Positions 17,965 through 24,720 of a DNA stretch of 64,000 nucleotides are shown here, in pieces. Source of the DNA: a virus (lineage: Duplodnaviria; Caudoviricetes); IMG/VR virus record IMGVR_UViG_3300032318_000487, positions 1 through 64,000 of that record; one strand, written 5' to 3'. Position numbers and translations under genes: made by a program. Position 1 is the stretch's first letter. The number at the start of each line of letters is the position of its first letter. The notes under the pieces were generated by a model, which was not told where the DNA came from, made no database searches, and worked only from the letters and a program-made list of their open reading frames with translations.

Positions 17965-18645
17965 TCAAATCTCCACTATCAATGGCTCGTAATTCGAGTA
18001 GTTGTTACGCTCGTTCTTGTAGCCGCGCGGCCAGCAGATCACACGAGTTTCGCCGATCATATAGTCGAAGTCGTCGTGGGTATGCCCATGAATCCACAAC
18101 TTCGGCGGCTTCTTCATTGCAAGAATCTGCTCGTCGAGGTTATTCGAGAACGAAGGATTGAACGGACTGCCACGATACTTCTCGTGAACAGACTGAAGCG
18201 ATGGCGTATGATGTGACACAATGATATCAGCTTCAGAGTTGAACAGAAAGTTCTTATGAGCCTCGTGCGTCTCAATCATACGCTGCTGTGTCACATCTTT
18301 AATGTAGCGATAGTCAACCAGACCGTTGATATACATTACCCAATCAATTGGATTTGATAGATCAGTCCACAGCGTTGCACCAGCAATCTTGATGCCGTTG
18401 ACTTCTTGTGTTTTTGTACCATAGATAGCATCAGTGAAATGACCACCATAGTAATCATGATTACCATTGATTGCAAACATATGATTCGAGTGCTTCTGTA
18501 TCCAGCGATGACGATCATCATCGTTTTCACATATATCACCTGCACAAATGTAAAAGACATCCGCCTTGGGCTCAAAGTCCCAAGGCGTCTTTTCAGTTTT
18601 GACTGACCGATTCATGTGCAGATCAGACATAATACCAATCTTCAT
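17965..18645 (-). CDS. Calcineurin-like metallophosphoesterase
   Basis: SDLH, AGD, GNHDYY, SHH, HGHTH motifs. Confidence 0.92.
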   Translation of the reverse strand: MKIGIMSDLHMNRSVKTEKTPWDFEPKADVFYICAGDICENDDDRHRWIQKHSNHMFAINGNHDYYGGHFTDAIYGTKTQEVNGIKIAGATLWTDLSNPIDWVMYINGLVDYRYIKDVTQQRMIETHEAHKNFLFNSEADIIVSHHTPSLQSVHEKYRGSPFNPSFSNNLDEQILAMKKPPKLWIHGHTHDDFDYMIGETRVICWPRGYKNERNNYSNYEPLIVEI

Positions 18646-18646
18646 T

Positions 18647-19003
18647 TTAAGCTTGCCTTACCATCCAAGTAGGTCGAACATTTACTGCATTGAAGTAATG
18701 CTTGACTAACTTAATAACAACTGCCGGATCAAATTCTTTGCAAGAGAAGACATCAAGATAGATTGCCTTTTCTTCATTCACGAAATGGGCACAGATATTT
18801 GAAGTTTCAATCAACTGTACCATTGTATACCCGGCTTTGTTGCCAGTGCCGAAGTTGACAATTTGTGGTTCACCATAAGCAATCATATCAATGTCTTTTA
18901 CAAGTTGCTTTGTGAAATTGTAGATAACATCACGATCACGAATTGCATACTCATCACAATCTGCACAATCTAAGATTAAGTGATAACCCCAATATCTTGC
19001 CAT
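18647..19003 (-). CDS. speD: S-adenosylmethionine decarboxylase proenzyme
   Basis: GYHLILDC, LIETSNICAHF (E-T/S self-cleavage region), YLDVFSC. Confidence 0.88.
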   Translation of the reverse strand: MARYWGYHLILDCADCDEYAIRDRDVIYNFTKQLVKDIDMIAYGEPQIVNFGTGNKAGYTMVQLIETSNICAHFVNEEKAIYLDVFSCKEFDPAVVIKLVKHYFNAVNVRPTWMVRQA

Positions 19004-19032
19004 CTCATGAAAACTCCTATGTGAGAGGAAAG

Positions 19033-19107
19033 TGGAGCGGGTAGGGAGAATCGAACTCCTCGTCTAAACGTTGGCAACGTCTTGCTCTACCATTGAGCTA
19101 TACCCGC
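19033..19107 (-). tRNA. tRNA-Gly(GCC)
   Basis: GCGGGTA acceptor stem, anticodon loop TTGCCAA, GTTCGA T-loop, encoded CCA. Confidence 0.95.
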
Positions 19108-19110
19108 AAT

Positions 19111-19260
19111 CTACCAATGTCTGATAACTCCTGCGATAATGAAGGCATTGGTTATCAGGTATGAAAGTATAATAACAGTTCTTATGACTGCAATCAAGTC
19201 GGATTCAGAATTATTTTTGCCCGACTTTTCCCCTAAAGCTTTTGACCAAATTCTCCACAT
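19111..19260 (-). CDS. Conserved T4-like 49-aa membrane protein
   Basis: Manual translation MWRIWSKALGEKSG...IAVIRTVIILSYLITNAFIIAGVIRHW. Confidence 0.75.
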   Translation of the reverse strand: MWRIWSKALGEKSGKNNSESDLIAVIRTVIILSYLITNAFIIAGVIRHW

Positions 19261-19266
19261 CGAATA

Positions 19267-19686
19267 TTAACACCAGCTTCTTTTCTTTCCACCATCATAG
19301 GGATAAGCATGGAAGTTTTCTAGAAGCATTTGCTTTAAACTTTTTCCGTCTAGAAGAACATCTCCTAAAACTCTACCACCATACTTGTCCCATTTGACAA
19401 GAACAACTTGATGCCTCTTTGCATTTGCAATCTGTGTCCTTGTGAATCTGGTCGCAGCTTCAGCCCTGTCTCTTTCATTTTTACACTTTGCTAAAGATCC
19501 CTTTTCGGGAGTATCTACGTCTATGATCCTTAACCTTAAAGTCTGTTTAAGTTCAACAGGAAGAAAGGAAGCATCTATTTCTACTGTATCACCATCGAGT
19601 ACACGAATGACTCGATAGTCATAAGGATTGGCAGCATATGCTACCGAAGAGAGAAAGAGTGATACTGCGACCAGAATTGTTTTCAT
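19267..19686 (-). CDS. Staphylococcal nuclease (thermonuclease)-family protein with signal peptide
   Basis: RVLDGDT, LRIIDVDTPE, DKYGGRVLG; N-terminal MKTILVAVSLFLSSVAYA. Confidence 0.92.
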   Translation of the reverse strand: MKTILVAVSLFLSSVAYAANPYDYRVIRVLDGDTVEIDASFLPVELKQTLRLRIIDVDTPEKGSLAKCKNERDRAEAATRFTRTQIANAKRHQVVLVKWDKYGGRVLGDVLLDGKSLKQMLLENFHAYPYDGGKKRSWC

Positions 19687-19687
19687 A

Positions 19688-20209
19688 TTAGAACCTAAAG
19701 TTTAGACCAATTGTTGTTGCATTACTATCTAGTCTTTCGTCATTGAACTGCCTTGTATAACGATACCTTGCATCTAGTTCAACATTACGTGAAAGTCCAT
19801 AACGAACACCACCACCAACTGACCAGAGTGATGCAGGATCACCATTTCGACCTAGACCATTAAAACCATAGCCAACACCTACGAGAGCATATGGAGTGAA
19901 CGCACCAACTGGTACACCAACAATAGCATCAGCAGTTACAATCTGACCTTGATCAGAACCGAAACGATTAGATACATTTAGTTCACCACGAAAATTACGA
20001 TTGAACTCATAACCTACAGTACCACCAGCAATGGCATCTCGATTGTCGAAGTCACTGAAACTTACACCACCATTAACACCAACATAGAAACCACTTACTG
20101 GTGTCTGAGTGAAAACAGGTGCAGGTGCAGCAGTGCGCCTAGGTAGATCAGCAGCATATGCTGACGTTGCAACTACGGTAGCGACAATAGCAGAGATAAA
20201 AGTCTTCAT
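19688..20209 (-). CDS. Outer-membrane beta-barrel protein, Omp25/RopB-like
   Basis: Signal peptide followed by AADLPRR..PAPV..GFYVGVNGG; C-terminal GLNFRF. Confidence 0.88.
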   Translation of the reverse strand: MKTFISAIVATVVATSAYAADLPRRTAAPAPVFTQTPVSGFYVGVNGGVSFSDFDNRDAIAGGTVGYEFNRNFRGELNVSNRFGSDQGQIVTADAIVGVPVGAFTPYALVGVGYGFNGLGRNGDPASLWSVGGGVRYGLSRNVELDARYRYTRQFNDERLDSNATTIGLNFRF

Positions 20210-20244
20210 GTGTTTTTCATCCTTTGTTTTCAGTTTACTTAAAG

Positions 20245-20335
20245 TGGCGGAGGGTATAGGATTCGAACCTATGGGACGCTATTAACGTCCGACTCGTTAG
20301 CAATGAGCTGCTTTCGACCACTCAGCCAACCCTCC
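20245..20335 (-). tRNA. tRNA-Ser(GCU)
   Basis: GGAGGGT acceptor, loop TTGCTAA, long variable arm, CCA. Confidence 0.95.
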
Positions 20336-20344
20336 AAACTTATA

Positions 20345-20494
20345 TTAGTCTCGAAGTAGTTTAGGACCTGACTCGTTAAGTTGCTTCTGTTGCATCTCAG
20401 CAAGCTTCTTCTGATATTCCTCGTTGGTAAGATTATGCCAGCCGCAGCAATTGCCGCTTGGTGATCTACCACAAGAACATGTCTTTTCGTTCAT
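20345..20494 (-). CDS. 49-aa CDGSH-like (Fe-S/Zn) motif protein
   Basis: Manual translation MNEKTCSCGRSPSGNCCGWHNLTNEEYQKKL...; AGGA RBS upstream. Confidence 0.65.
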   Translation of the reverse strand: MNEKTCSCGRSPSGNCCGWHNLTNEEYQKKLAEMQQKQLNESGPKLLRD

Positions 20495-20513
20495 AGTATC
20501 CTCATTTTAGTTA

Positions 20514-20603
20514 TGGCGGAAGAAGTAGGATTCGAACCCACGGTAGACTCTCGCCTACGTCGCATTTCAAGTGCGGTGCCTTAAACCACTCGGCCACTCT
20601 TCC
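20514..20603 (-). tRNA. tRNA-Ser(UGA)
   Basis: GGAAGAG acceptor, loop CTTGAAA, long variable arm, CCA. Confidence 0.95.
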
Positions 20604-20609
20604 AAAACT

Positions 20610-20782
20610 TTGCCGATGATGGACCTGAAGATCAGATGATCTCTCCATCTCGCCTGCTGCTCGGCAACAGCGCCCTCACACGATCATCAGGTGGTTAGTC
20701 TGACGACTGAGGCGTAGAAGTCATGGTACTTGCGGGAACCACCCCGTTCGTATTCTCCAGAAGACCATCCTACGGTACATAC
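20610..20782 (-). ncRNA. Candidate structured ncRNA between tRNA-Thr and tRNA-Ser
   Basis: GC-rich; the minus-strand ATGs checked open only very short frames. Stems CGTAGGA/TTCTACG, CGGG/CCCG, CCTGATGATC/GATCTTCAGG, CTGTTG/CAGCAG. Confidence 0.4.
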
Positions 20783-20858
<76 letters not shown>

Positions 20859-20864
20859 GAAACT

Positions 20865-21326
20865 TTAGAACTTAACTTTCCAGTCTTTCTTCCACTGCAT
20901 ATACATTTGATATAGACCCAACTCTCTGCCGAATGCTTCGATCTCCCACGGTCTATCAAAGTAATGCGTCTCATCTAACTTTATATATCTGCCCTGCCAT
21001 CGCTCTTCTCGCTTTATCAACATGGACTTCAACTCACCTTTCGCATGTTGCTTGACATGAACCATTTCATGAGCCAATGCAATCAACTGTCTGCGCTTTC
21101 CCATAGAGGCATTGAGAATGATCTCAAATTCCCTAGGTCTGTTGTTTGTGTCCGTCCAAACTGACGAAGCATCACAGTAATGAACTATATCACTCACCAG
21201 ACGGATTGTCAAGTTCTTACACAATCTTTCCGACATTAGGCTACGCGCAAAGTATTTCGTAGCGATGAAGAGTTCCTTGCGCGTAATCTTTTCGTTCTTT
21301 CCTTTAATGTTTACCTTCATGCTCAT
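20865..21326 (-). CDS. HExxH metallopeptidase-like T4-like conserved protein
   Basis: ALAHEMVHVKQH and PWEIEAF; likely start MSMKV at 21326. Confidence 0.7.
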   Translation of the reverse strand: MSMKVNIKGKNEKITRKELFIATKYFARSLMSERLCKNLTIRLVSDIVHYCDASSVWTDTNNRPREFEIILNASMGKRRQLIALAHEMVHVKQHAKGELKSMLIKREERWQGRYIKLDETHYFDRPWEIEAFGRELGLYQMYMQWKKDWKVKF

Positions 21327-21934
21327 CAGATGTTGTTGAAACTTCGAGGTGCAGTAATGCCACCCTGCTGTGGTTGACCTTCTGGATAAAGGTCTACACT
21401 TCGAGCAGCATCTACACAATTAGAAATCTCAGTCAGTGTCCGAGAAGAACCAGTCAAGTCAATCTCAGCGTTCTGAATTGAACCAGGCATTACCATGATT
21501 GCACGAGTGTTATTTGCAAACAATGGAAGAAACTTTTCCTTGATGATGTTTCGGATCACAATTGTATTCTTATTGATAAGACGATACTCGAAGTTTAGAC
21601 CTGTTGTCTGACCAGAACGACTCAGAAAATTGATTCGCATACTATAGTTGCCGGGCGAATCAGAGATATTCCATGCGTTGTTTCGCAGAAAGATATAAAG
21701 CTCGCCATCAGCAAGATCACGAATCAACTGAAATCGTGAACCGTCTCGCCAATTGATTTCAGCATAACATGCGGGATTATCGTTCTTCTCTGCGTTAGCT
21801 GTTACACCAAACACATAGTATGGTCCAGGTTGCACATCTACATTAAAGAACTGTTGAGATGCTGCGAAAGCTGAACTCGTAAAGAGCATCGCAGCCAGAG
21901 TACCACTAACAAGCTTCTTCATCATAACATTCAC
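21326..21934 (-). CDS. Secreted/periplasmic hypothetical protein
   Basis: Signal peptide MKKLVSGTLAAMLFTSSAFA; two Cys; GAGAGG RBS. Confidence 0.7.
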   Translation of the reverse strand: MNVMMKKLVSGTLAAMLFTSSAFAASQQFFNVDVQPGPYYVFGVTANAEKNDNPACYAEINWRDGSRFQLIRDLADGELYIFLRNNAWNISDSPGNYSMRINFLSRSGQTTGLNFEYRLINKNTIVIRNIIKEKFLPLFANNTRAIMVMPGSIQNAEIDLTGSSRTLTEISNCVDAARSVDLYPEGQPQQGGITAPRSFNNI

Positions 21935-22028
21935 CTCTCACATAAGATATAGGGTGTGGGCTAACCGTGGGCACCACGCGGGTCTATTTATCGCGACCAA
22001 CCGTACGCACTACAACCGCACTGCAAAA

Positions 22029-22103
22029 TGGTGGAGGCCTAGGGACTCGAACCCTATAGACAATCTCCGTGCAAGGGAGATCCGTACACCCTCTACTGCC
22101 CCC
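22029..22103 (-). tRNA. tRNA-Ala(UGC), atypical D-arm
   Basis: TCTCC-CTTGCAC-GGAGA anticodon arm, G3:U70, T-arm TAGGG-TTCGAGT-CCCTA, CCA; short and poorly paired D region. Confidence 0.8.
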
Positions 22104-22161
22104 AAATGAATTGGCGGACGGTTTTTGTGCCGCCCTTTAATGCTCCTACAAGTCACCAAAC

Positions 22162-22236
22162 TGGTAGTCCGTGACAGGGTTGAACTGCCGACCTTCTCCG
22201 TGTAAAGGAGTTGCTCTTCCACTGAGCTAACGGACC
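22162..22236 (-). tRNA. tRNA-Val(UAC)
   Basis: GGTCCGT acceptor, loop TTTACAC, CCA. Confidence 0.93.
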
Positions 22237-22241
22237 AAAGG

Positions 22242-22315
22242 CTTTGAAGTGTCATCGCTAACCCTAAACGATGATGAATTGATTTATTTAAAGGGCTATA
22301 AGTCAACACTTCAAA
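22242..22315 (-). ncRNA. Candidate three-way-junction RNA with loop-loop complementarity between tRNA-Asn and tRNA-Val
   Basis: Perfect 10-bp outer stem TTTGAAGTGT/ACACTTCAAA, inner stems TTGACTTAT/ATAAATCAA and CATCG/CGATG; TAGCCCT at the top of one hairpin is complementary to AGGGTTA in the other loop. Confidence 0.45.
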
Positions 22316-22316
22316 C

Positions 22317-22393
22317 TGGCTCGCATGGTAGGATTCGAACCTACAGTGGCCTGATTAACAGTCAGGTCCCGATACCAATTCGGGTTCATGCGA
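22317..22393 (-). tRNA. tRNA-Asn(GUU)
   Basis: TCGCATG acceptor, CCTGA-CTGTTAA-TCAGG anticodon arm, CCA. Confidence 0.95.
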
Positions 22394-22419
22394 ATAAACC
22401 TCAATCTCTCACTGTATAT

Positions 22420-22448
22420 ATTCTATACCATGGAAAGACATATGTCAA
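22420..22448 (-). promoter_or_regulatory. Sigma70 (early) promoter TTGACA-17-TAGAAT upstream of tRNA-Asn
   Basis: Read directly from the sequence. Confidence 0.8.
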
Positions 22449-22456
22449 CTTGTTTT

Positions 22457-22795
22457 TTACTGGACAATCCGATAACTCACTCTACAATGTCCAACAGGAA
22501 TACAACCTAAAGCCCTTGCAGCACCACGAGAAAGGTCTAAATCTCTTCCTCTAATGAATGGGCCTCGATCATTGATACGTACAATAACAGAATGTCCATT
22601 TCTTGTCAGGTGTAGTTTTGTTCCGAATGGAAGTGTTTTATGTGCTGCTGTTAATCCATCGGGAACAAATCTCTCACCGTTTGCGGTCCTTGTACCGTGA
22701 TGATACCAAGAAGCGTTCATTGTTGCGCTTGATACGTCAGAGGTTGTTGCACAACCTCCTAATAAAAGCATTGCGACTAAGCTTATACATCGCAT
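22457..22795 (-). CDS. rlpA: RlpA-like (DPBB) lytic transglycosylase lipoprotein
   Basis: Lipobox LLGGC; ASWY..G..TANGERF...TAAHKTLPFGT, RINDRGPF, DLSRGAA. Confidence 0.92.
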   Translation of the reverse strand: MRCISLVAMLLLGGCATTSDVSSATMNASWYHHGTRTANGERFVPDGLTAAHKTLPFGTKLHLTRNGHSVIVRINDRGPFIRGRDLDLSRGAARALGCIPVGHCRVSYRIVQ

Positions 22796-22813
22796 TTATT
22801 TTCCTTTCTTGAA

Positions 22814-22888
22814 TGGAGGTGCTTCCCAGAGTCGAACTGGGTTCTCAAGGATTTGCAGTCCCGCGACTTACCGTCTGCCCCAAGCACC
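22814..22888 (-). tRNA. tRNA-Cys(GCA)
   Basis: GGTGCTT acceptor, loop CTGCAAA, U73, CCA. Confidence 0.93.
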
Positions 22889-22894
22889 TTTAAA

Positions 22895-22970
22895 TGGTAG
22901 ACCCAGCAGGATTCGAACCTGCAACCTGGAGATTAAAAGTCTCTTGCACCACCTATTGTGCTATGGGTCC
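22895..22970 (-). tRNA. tRNA-Lys(UUU)
   Basis: GGACCCA acceptor, loop CTTTTAA, CCA. Confidence 0.93.
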
Positions 22971-23020
22971 ATTATTTTCTTCATGTTTCTACCACAGAAT
23001 ATCAATACTCTATACTAGTT

Positions 23021-23097
23021 TGGTCGGGGAAGCCGGACTCGAACCGACGACCTGATGCTCCCAAAGCAACTGCTCTACCAGACTGAGCTACTCCCCG
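23021..23097 (-). tRNA. tRNA-Pro(UGG)
   Basis: CGGGGAG acceptor, loop TTTGGGA, CCA. Confidence 0.93.
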
Positions 23098-23230
23098 TAA
23101 ATGTTTCTTCTGTGTCCTAACTTATAGACGAACACCGAGATGTTTCCATGAATAGAGGGACGTTGAGATCGTCCACTCTATGATCCGATTCAGTTGTCAA
23201 ACAGTAATGTTTATTTAGTATACTTTTTAT

Positions 23231-23383
23231 CTAGGCTCGCTCAAGAATGGGCTTGCCGATGATTGTATTGTGATATGTAAGACTGCGAATCCAAGAGAAC
23301 GCAGTCTTCATCTCATTGAAAACGACTGACTTTGTTTCCAAGAAACCGTCTTTCGCCATGTAGTCGTAAGTTACTCTGACCAT
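23231..23383 (-). CDS. Hypothetical protein (50 aa)
   Basis: Manual translation MVRVTYDYMAKDGFLETKSVVFNEMKTAFSWIRSL...; GAGGAG RBS and promoter upstream. Confidence 0.6.
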   Translation of the reverse strand: MVRVTYDYMAKDGFLETKSVVFNEMKTAFSWIRSLTYHNTIIGKPILERA

Positions 23384-23410
23384 TTCCGTCTCCTCATCAT
23401 CATATAAGGT

Positions 23411-23439
23411 ATTATAGACGATCTTCTATGCTTTGTCAA
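23411..23439 (-). promoter_or_regulatory. Consensus sigma70 promoter TTGACA-17-TATAAT
   Basis: Exact consensus match. Confidence 0.88.
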
Positions 23440-23440
23440 G

Positions 23441-23516
23441 TGGTGCACGAGGAGGGATTCGAACCCCCGATAAGACCGTTATGAGCGGCCGGCATTAACC
23501 GCTATGCTACTCGTGC
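23441..23516 (-). tRNA. tRNA with CAU anticodon (elongator Met or lysidine Ile2)
   Basis: GCACGAG acceptor with G1-C72 paired (so not initiator), loop CTCATAA, A73, CCA. Confidence 0.88.
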
Positions 23517-23699
23517 GAAACTCTGTTCTTCATATGCAAATTTTGAAGCATCATTAATCATATCCATCAACCGCCAACATTCGACACGAGAAACTTCCAT
23601 CGGAATCGTAAAACCAACTTTATCACCACGATTTAGATGGAACATTAAGAGAGACACATCTTCTTCATTTCGAATATTAAGAACGGGAAAATCTGTCAT
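23502..23699 (-). CDS. Hypothetical protein whose stop codon lies inside the 5' end of tRNA(CAU)
   Basis: Likely start MTDFP at 23699 with AGGA RBS; ends ...FARVA* within GTAGCATAG. Confidence 0.55.
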   Translation of the reverse strand: MTDFPVLNIRNEEDVSLLMFHLNRGDKVGFTIPMEVSRVECWRLMDMINDASKFAYEEQSFARVA

Positions 23700-23719
23700 G
23701 CTTATCCTTGCTTTTGCTT

Positions 23720-23796
23720 TGGTACCCACGGTCAGGTTCGAACTGACACTTTAGAGATTTTAAGTCTCTTGTCTCTGCCTGTTGGACTACGTGGGC
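23720..23796 (-). tRNA. tRNA-Leu(UAA) with short variable loop
   Basis: AGAGA-CTTAAAA-TCTCT anticodon arm, 5-nt variable region, A73, CCA. Confidence 0.88.
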
Positions 23797-23806
23797 GTTG
23801 TTGTAA

Positions 23807-23882
23807 TGGCGGTCCCGGCAGGACTCGAACCTGCATATGACAGTTTAGAAGACTGTTGCCTTATCCATTAGACTACGGAACC
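23807..23882 (-). tRNA. tRNA-Arg(UCU)
   Basis: GGTTCCG acceptor, ACAGT-CTTCTAA-ACTGT anticodon arm, CCA. Confidence 0.93.
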
Positions 23883-24223
23883 TGATCTCTGTGTTCTTCT
23901 CGGTGACAGTTGGCACAAAGGCACTTACACTTATCTAGTTCAGCCTTTATCTTGTCCCAACTCCACAATCTCATTTTATTCCAGTCAGCATCTTTGCTGT
24001 TAGGATCAGTATGATGAAACTCAAGGGCGCCATAGTATCTATCATAACCACATGCCTCGCATTTACCACCTTTGTATCGTATAGCATCTAACTTGCGCTT
24101 TTTCCATCTTTCAATACAGTATTCATTGAAACACTCGCGGCATCTTGATTGCCACTTCTTTGCGTTCTTTTTGTATGCTGTATCTTCATTCAACTCTTTT
24201 TGACAACCAGAACAGACTTGCAT
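23873..24223 (-). mobile_element. HNH-type homing endonuclease gene; stop codon overlaps tRNA-Arg 5' end
   Basis: CEACGY...LEFHHTDP..K.....ELDKC.CLCANCHREEH. Confidence 0.8.
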
Positions 24224-24232
24224 TGAAACTCC

Positions 24233-24259
24233 TAGAATAGAAAATAAACTTCTATTCTA
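24233..24259 (-). promoter_or_regulatory. Perfect 10-bp hairpin abutting the RBS of the HNH gene
   Basis: TAGAATAGAA-N7-TTCTATTCTA immediately before GGAG; CTATATA late-promoter-like motif at the 5' arm. Confidence 0.6.
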
Positions 24260-24266
24260 TATAGTG

Positions 24267-24288
24267 TTCCGCTGATTGCTACGGAGCC
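24267..24288 (-). pseudogene. Degenerate 5' tRNA(Arg)-like fragment
   Basis: GGCTCCGTAGCAATCAGCGGAA resembles a tRNA 5' end and the downstream GGTTCCGTAG. Confidence 0.5.
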
Positions 24289-24299
24289 GTTATTCTGTT

Positions 24300-24328
24300 A
24301 TACTACATTATATATCTCACTCTGTCAA
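24300..24328 (-). promoter_or_regulatory. Sigma70 promoter TTGACA-17-TAGTAT
   Basis: Read directly from the sequence. Confidence 0.75.
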
Positions 24329-24720
24329 GCGACACACCAATCAACATCATCAGCAGTTTCGATATCCTCAAAGCCATCGTATTCAGTGATGCGATACAGA
24401 GTGCCCTTCGGCAAATCTTCAACAACAAGCTTTGCAGAACGCCCGTTAGCCTTCTCGCCAAGTTCTTCTACGACCTCAACAAGCGCAGGATCAGTACGTT
24501 CGATGTTATGATCCCAAAGAGAATACTTGCGATAGAATTCTGAATCCATCAAATCCATGCCCGACGGATCAGAGGTGAAGTATAGACTGAACATATCAGA
24601 CTTGGACTTAGGATCTCGCCAAACGTAGAAGTCAAGACCCTTCTTCTGAGCATACAAGCGTAAAGCTTCTTCAGACAGACCGAAACCACCATAACAAGCG
24701 TTGATCACAACTTTAGTCAT
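24325..24720 (-). CDS. Conserved phage hypothetical protein
   Basis: KVVINACYGGFGLS...ERTDPALVEVVEELG..ANG....YRITEYDGFE. Confidence 0.75.
   Translation of the reverse strand: MTKVVINACYGGFGLSEEALRLYAQKKGLDFYVWRDPKSKSDMFSLYFTSDPSGMDLMDSEFYRKYSLWDHNIERTDPALVEVVEELGEKANGRSAKLVVEDLPKGTLYRITEYDGFEDIETADDVDWCVA

Noticed and set aside
19160-19195. Apparent promoter TTGATT-17-TATTAT
   Set aside because: It lies inside a recognisable conserved 49-aa ORF and is probably coincidental.
20610-20782. Hammerhead ribozyme (CUGAUGA on the minus strand, CUGAAGA on the plus strand)
   Set aside because: No correctly placed GAAA core or stem II/III arrangement on either strand.
22112-22157. 46-nt mini-RNA ending in CCA / SAM-SAH riboswitch-like GGTGAC..GGAGCA
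   Set aside because: Only one 6-bp hairpin; the riboswitch core is missing and the apparent partner strand is part of tRNA-Val.
22242-22315. Theta/HDV-like or pistol ribozyme at a tRNA 3' end
   Set aside because: The outer stem closes at the very end of the element, which does not fit the HDV nested pseudoknot order, and the GGG/CCC order is reversed relative to pistol.
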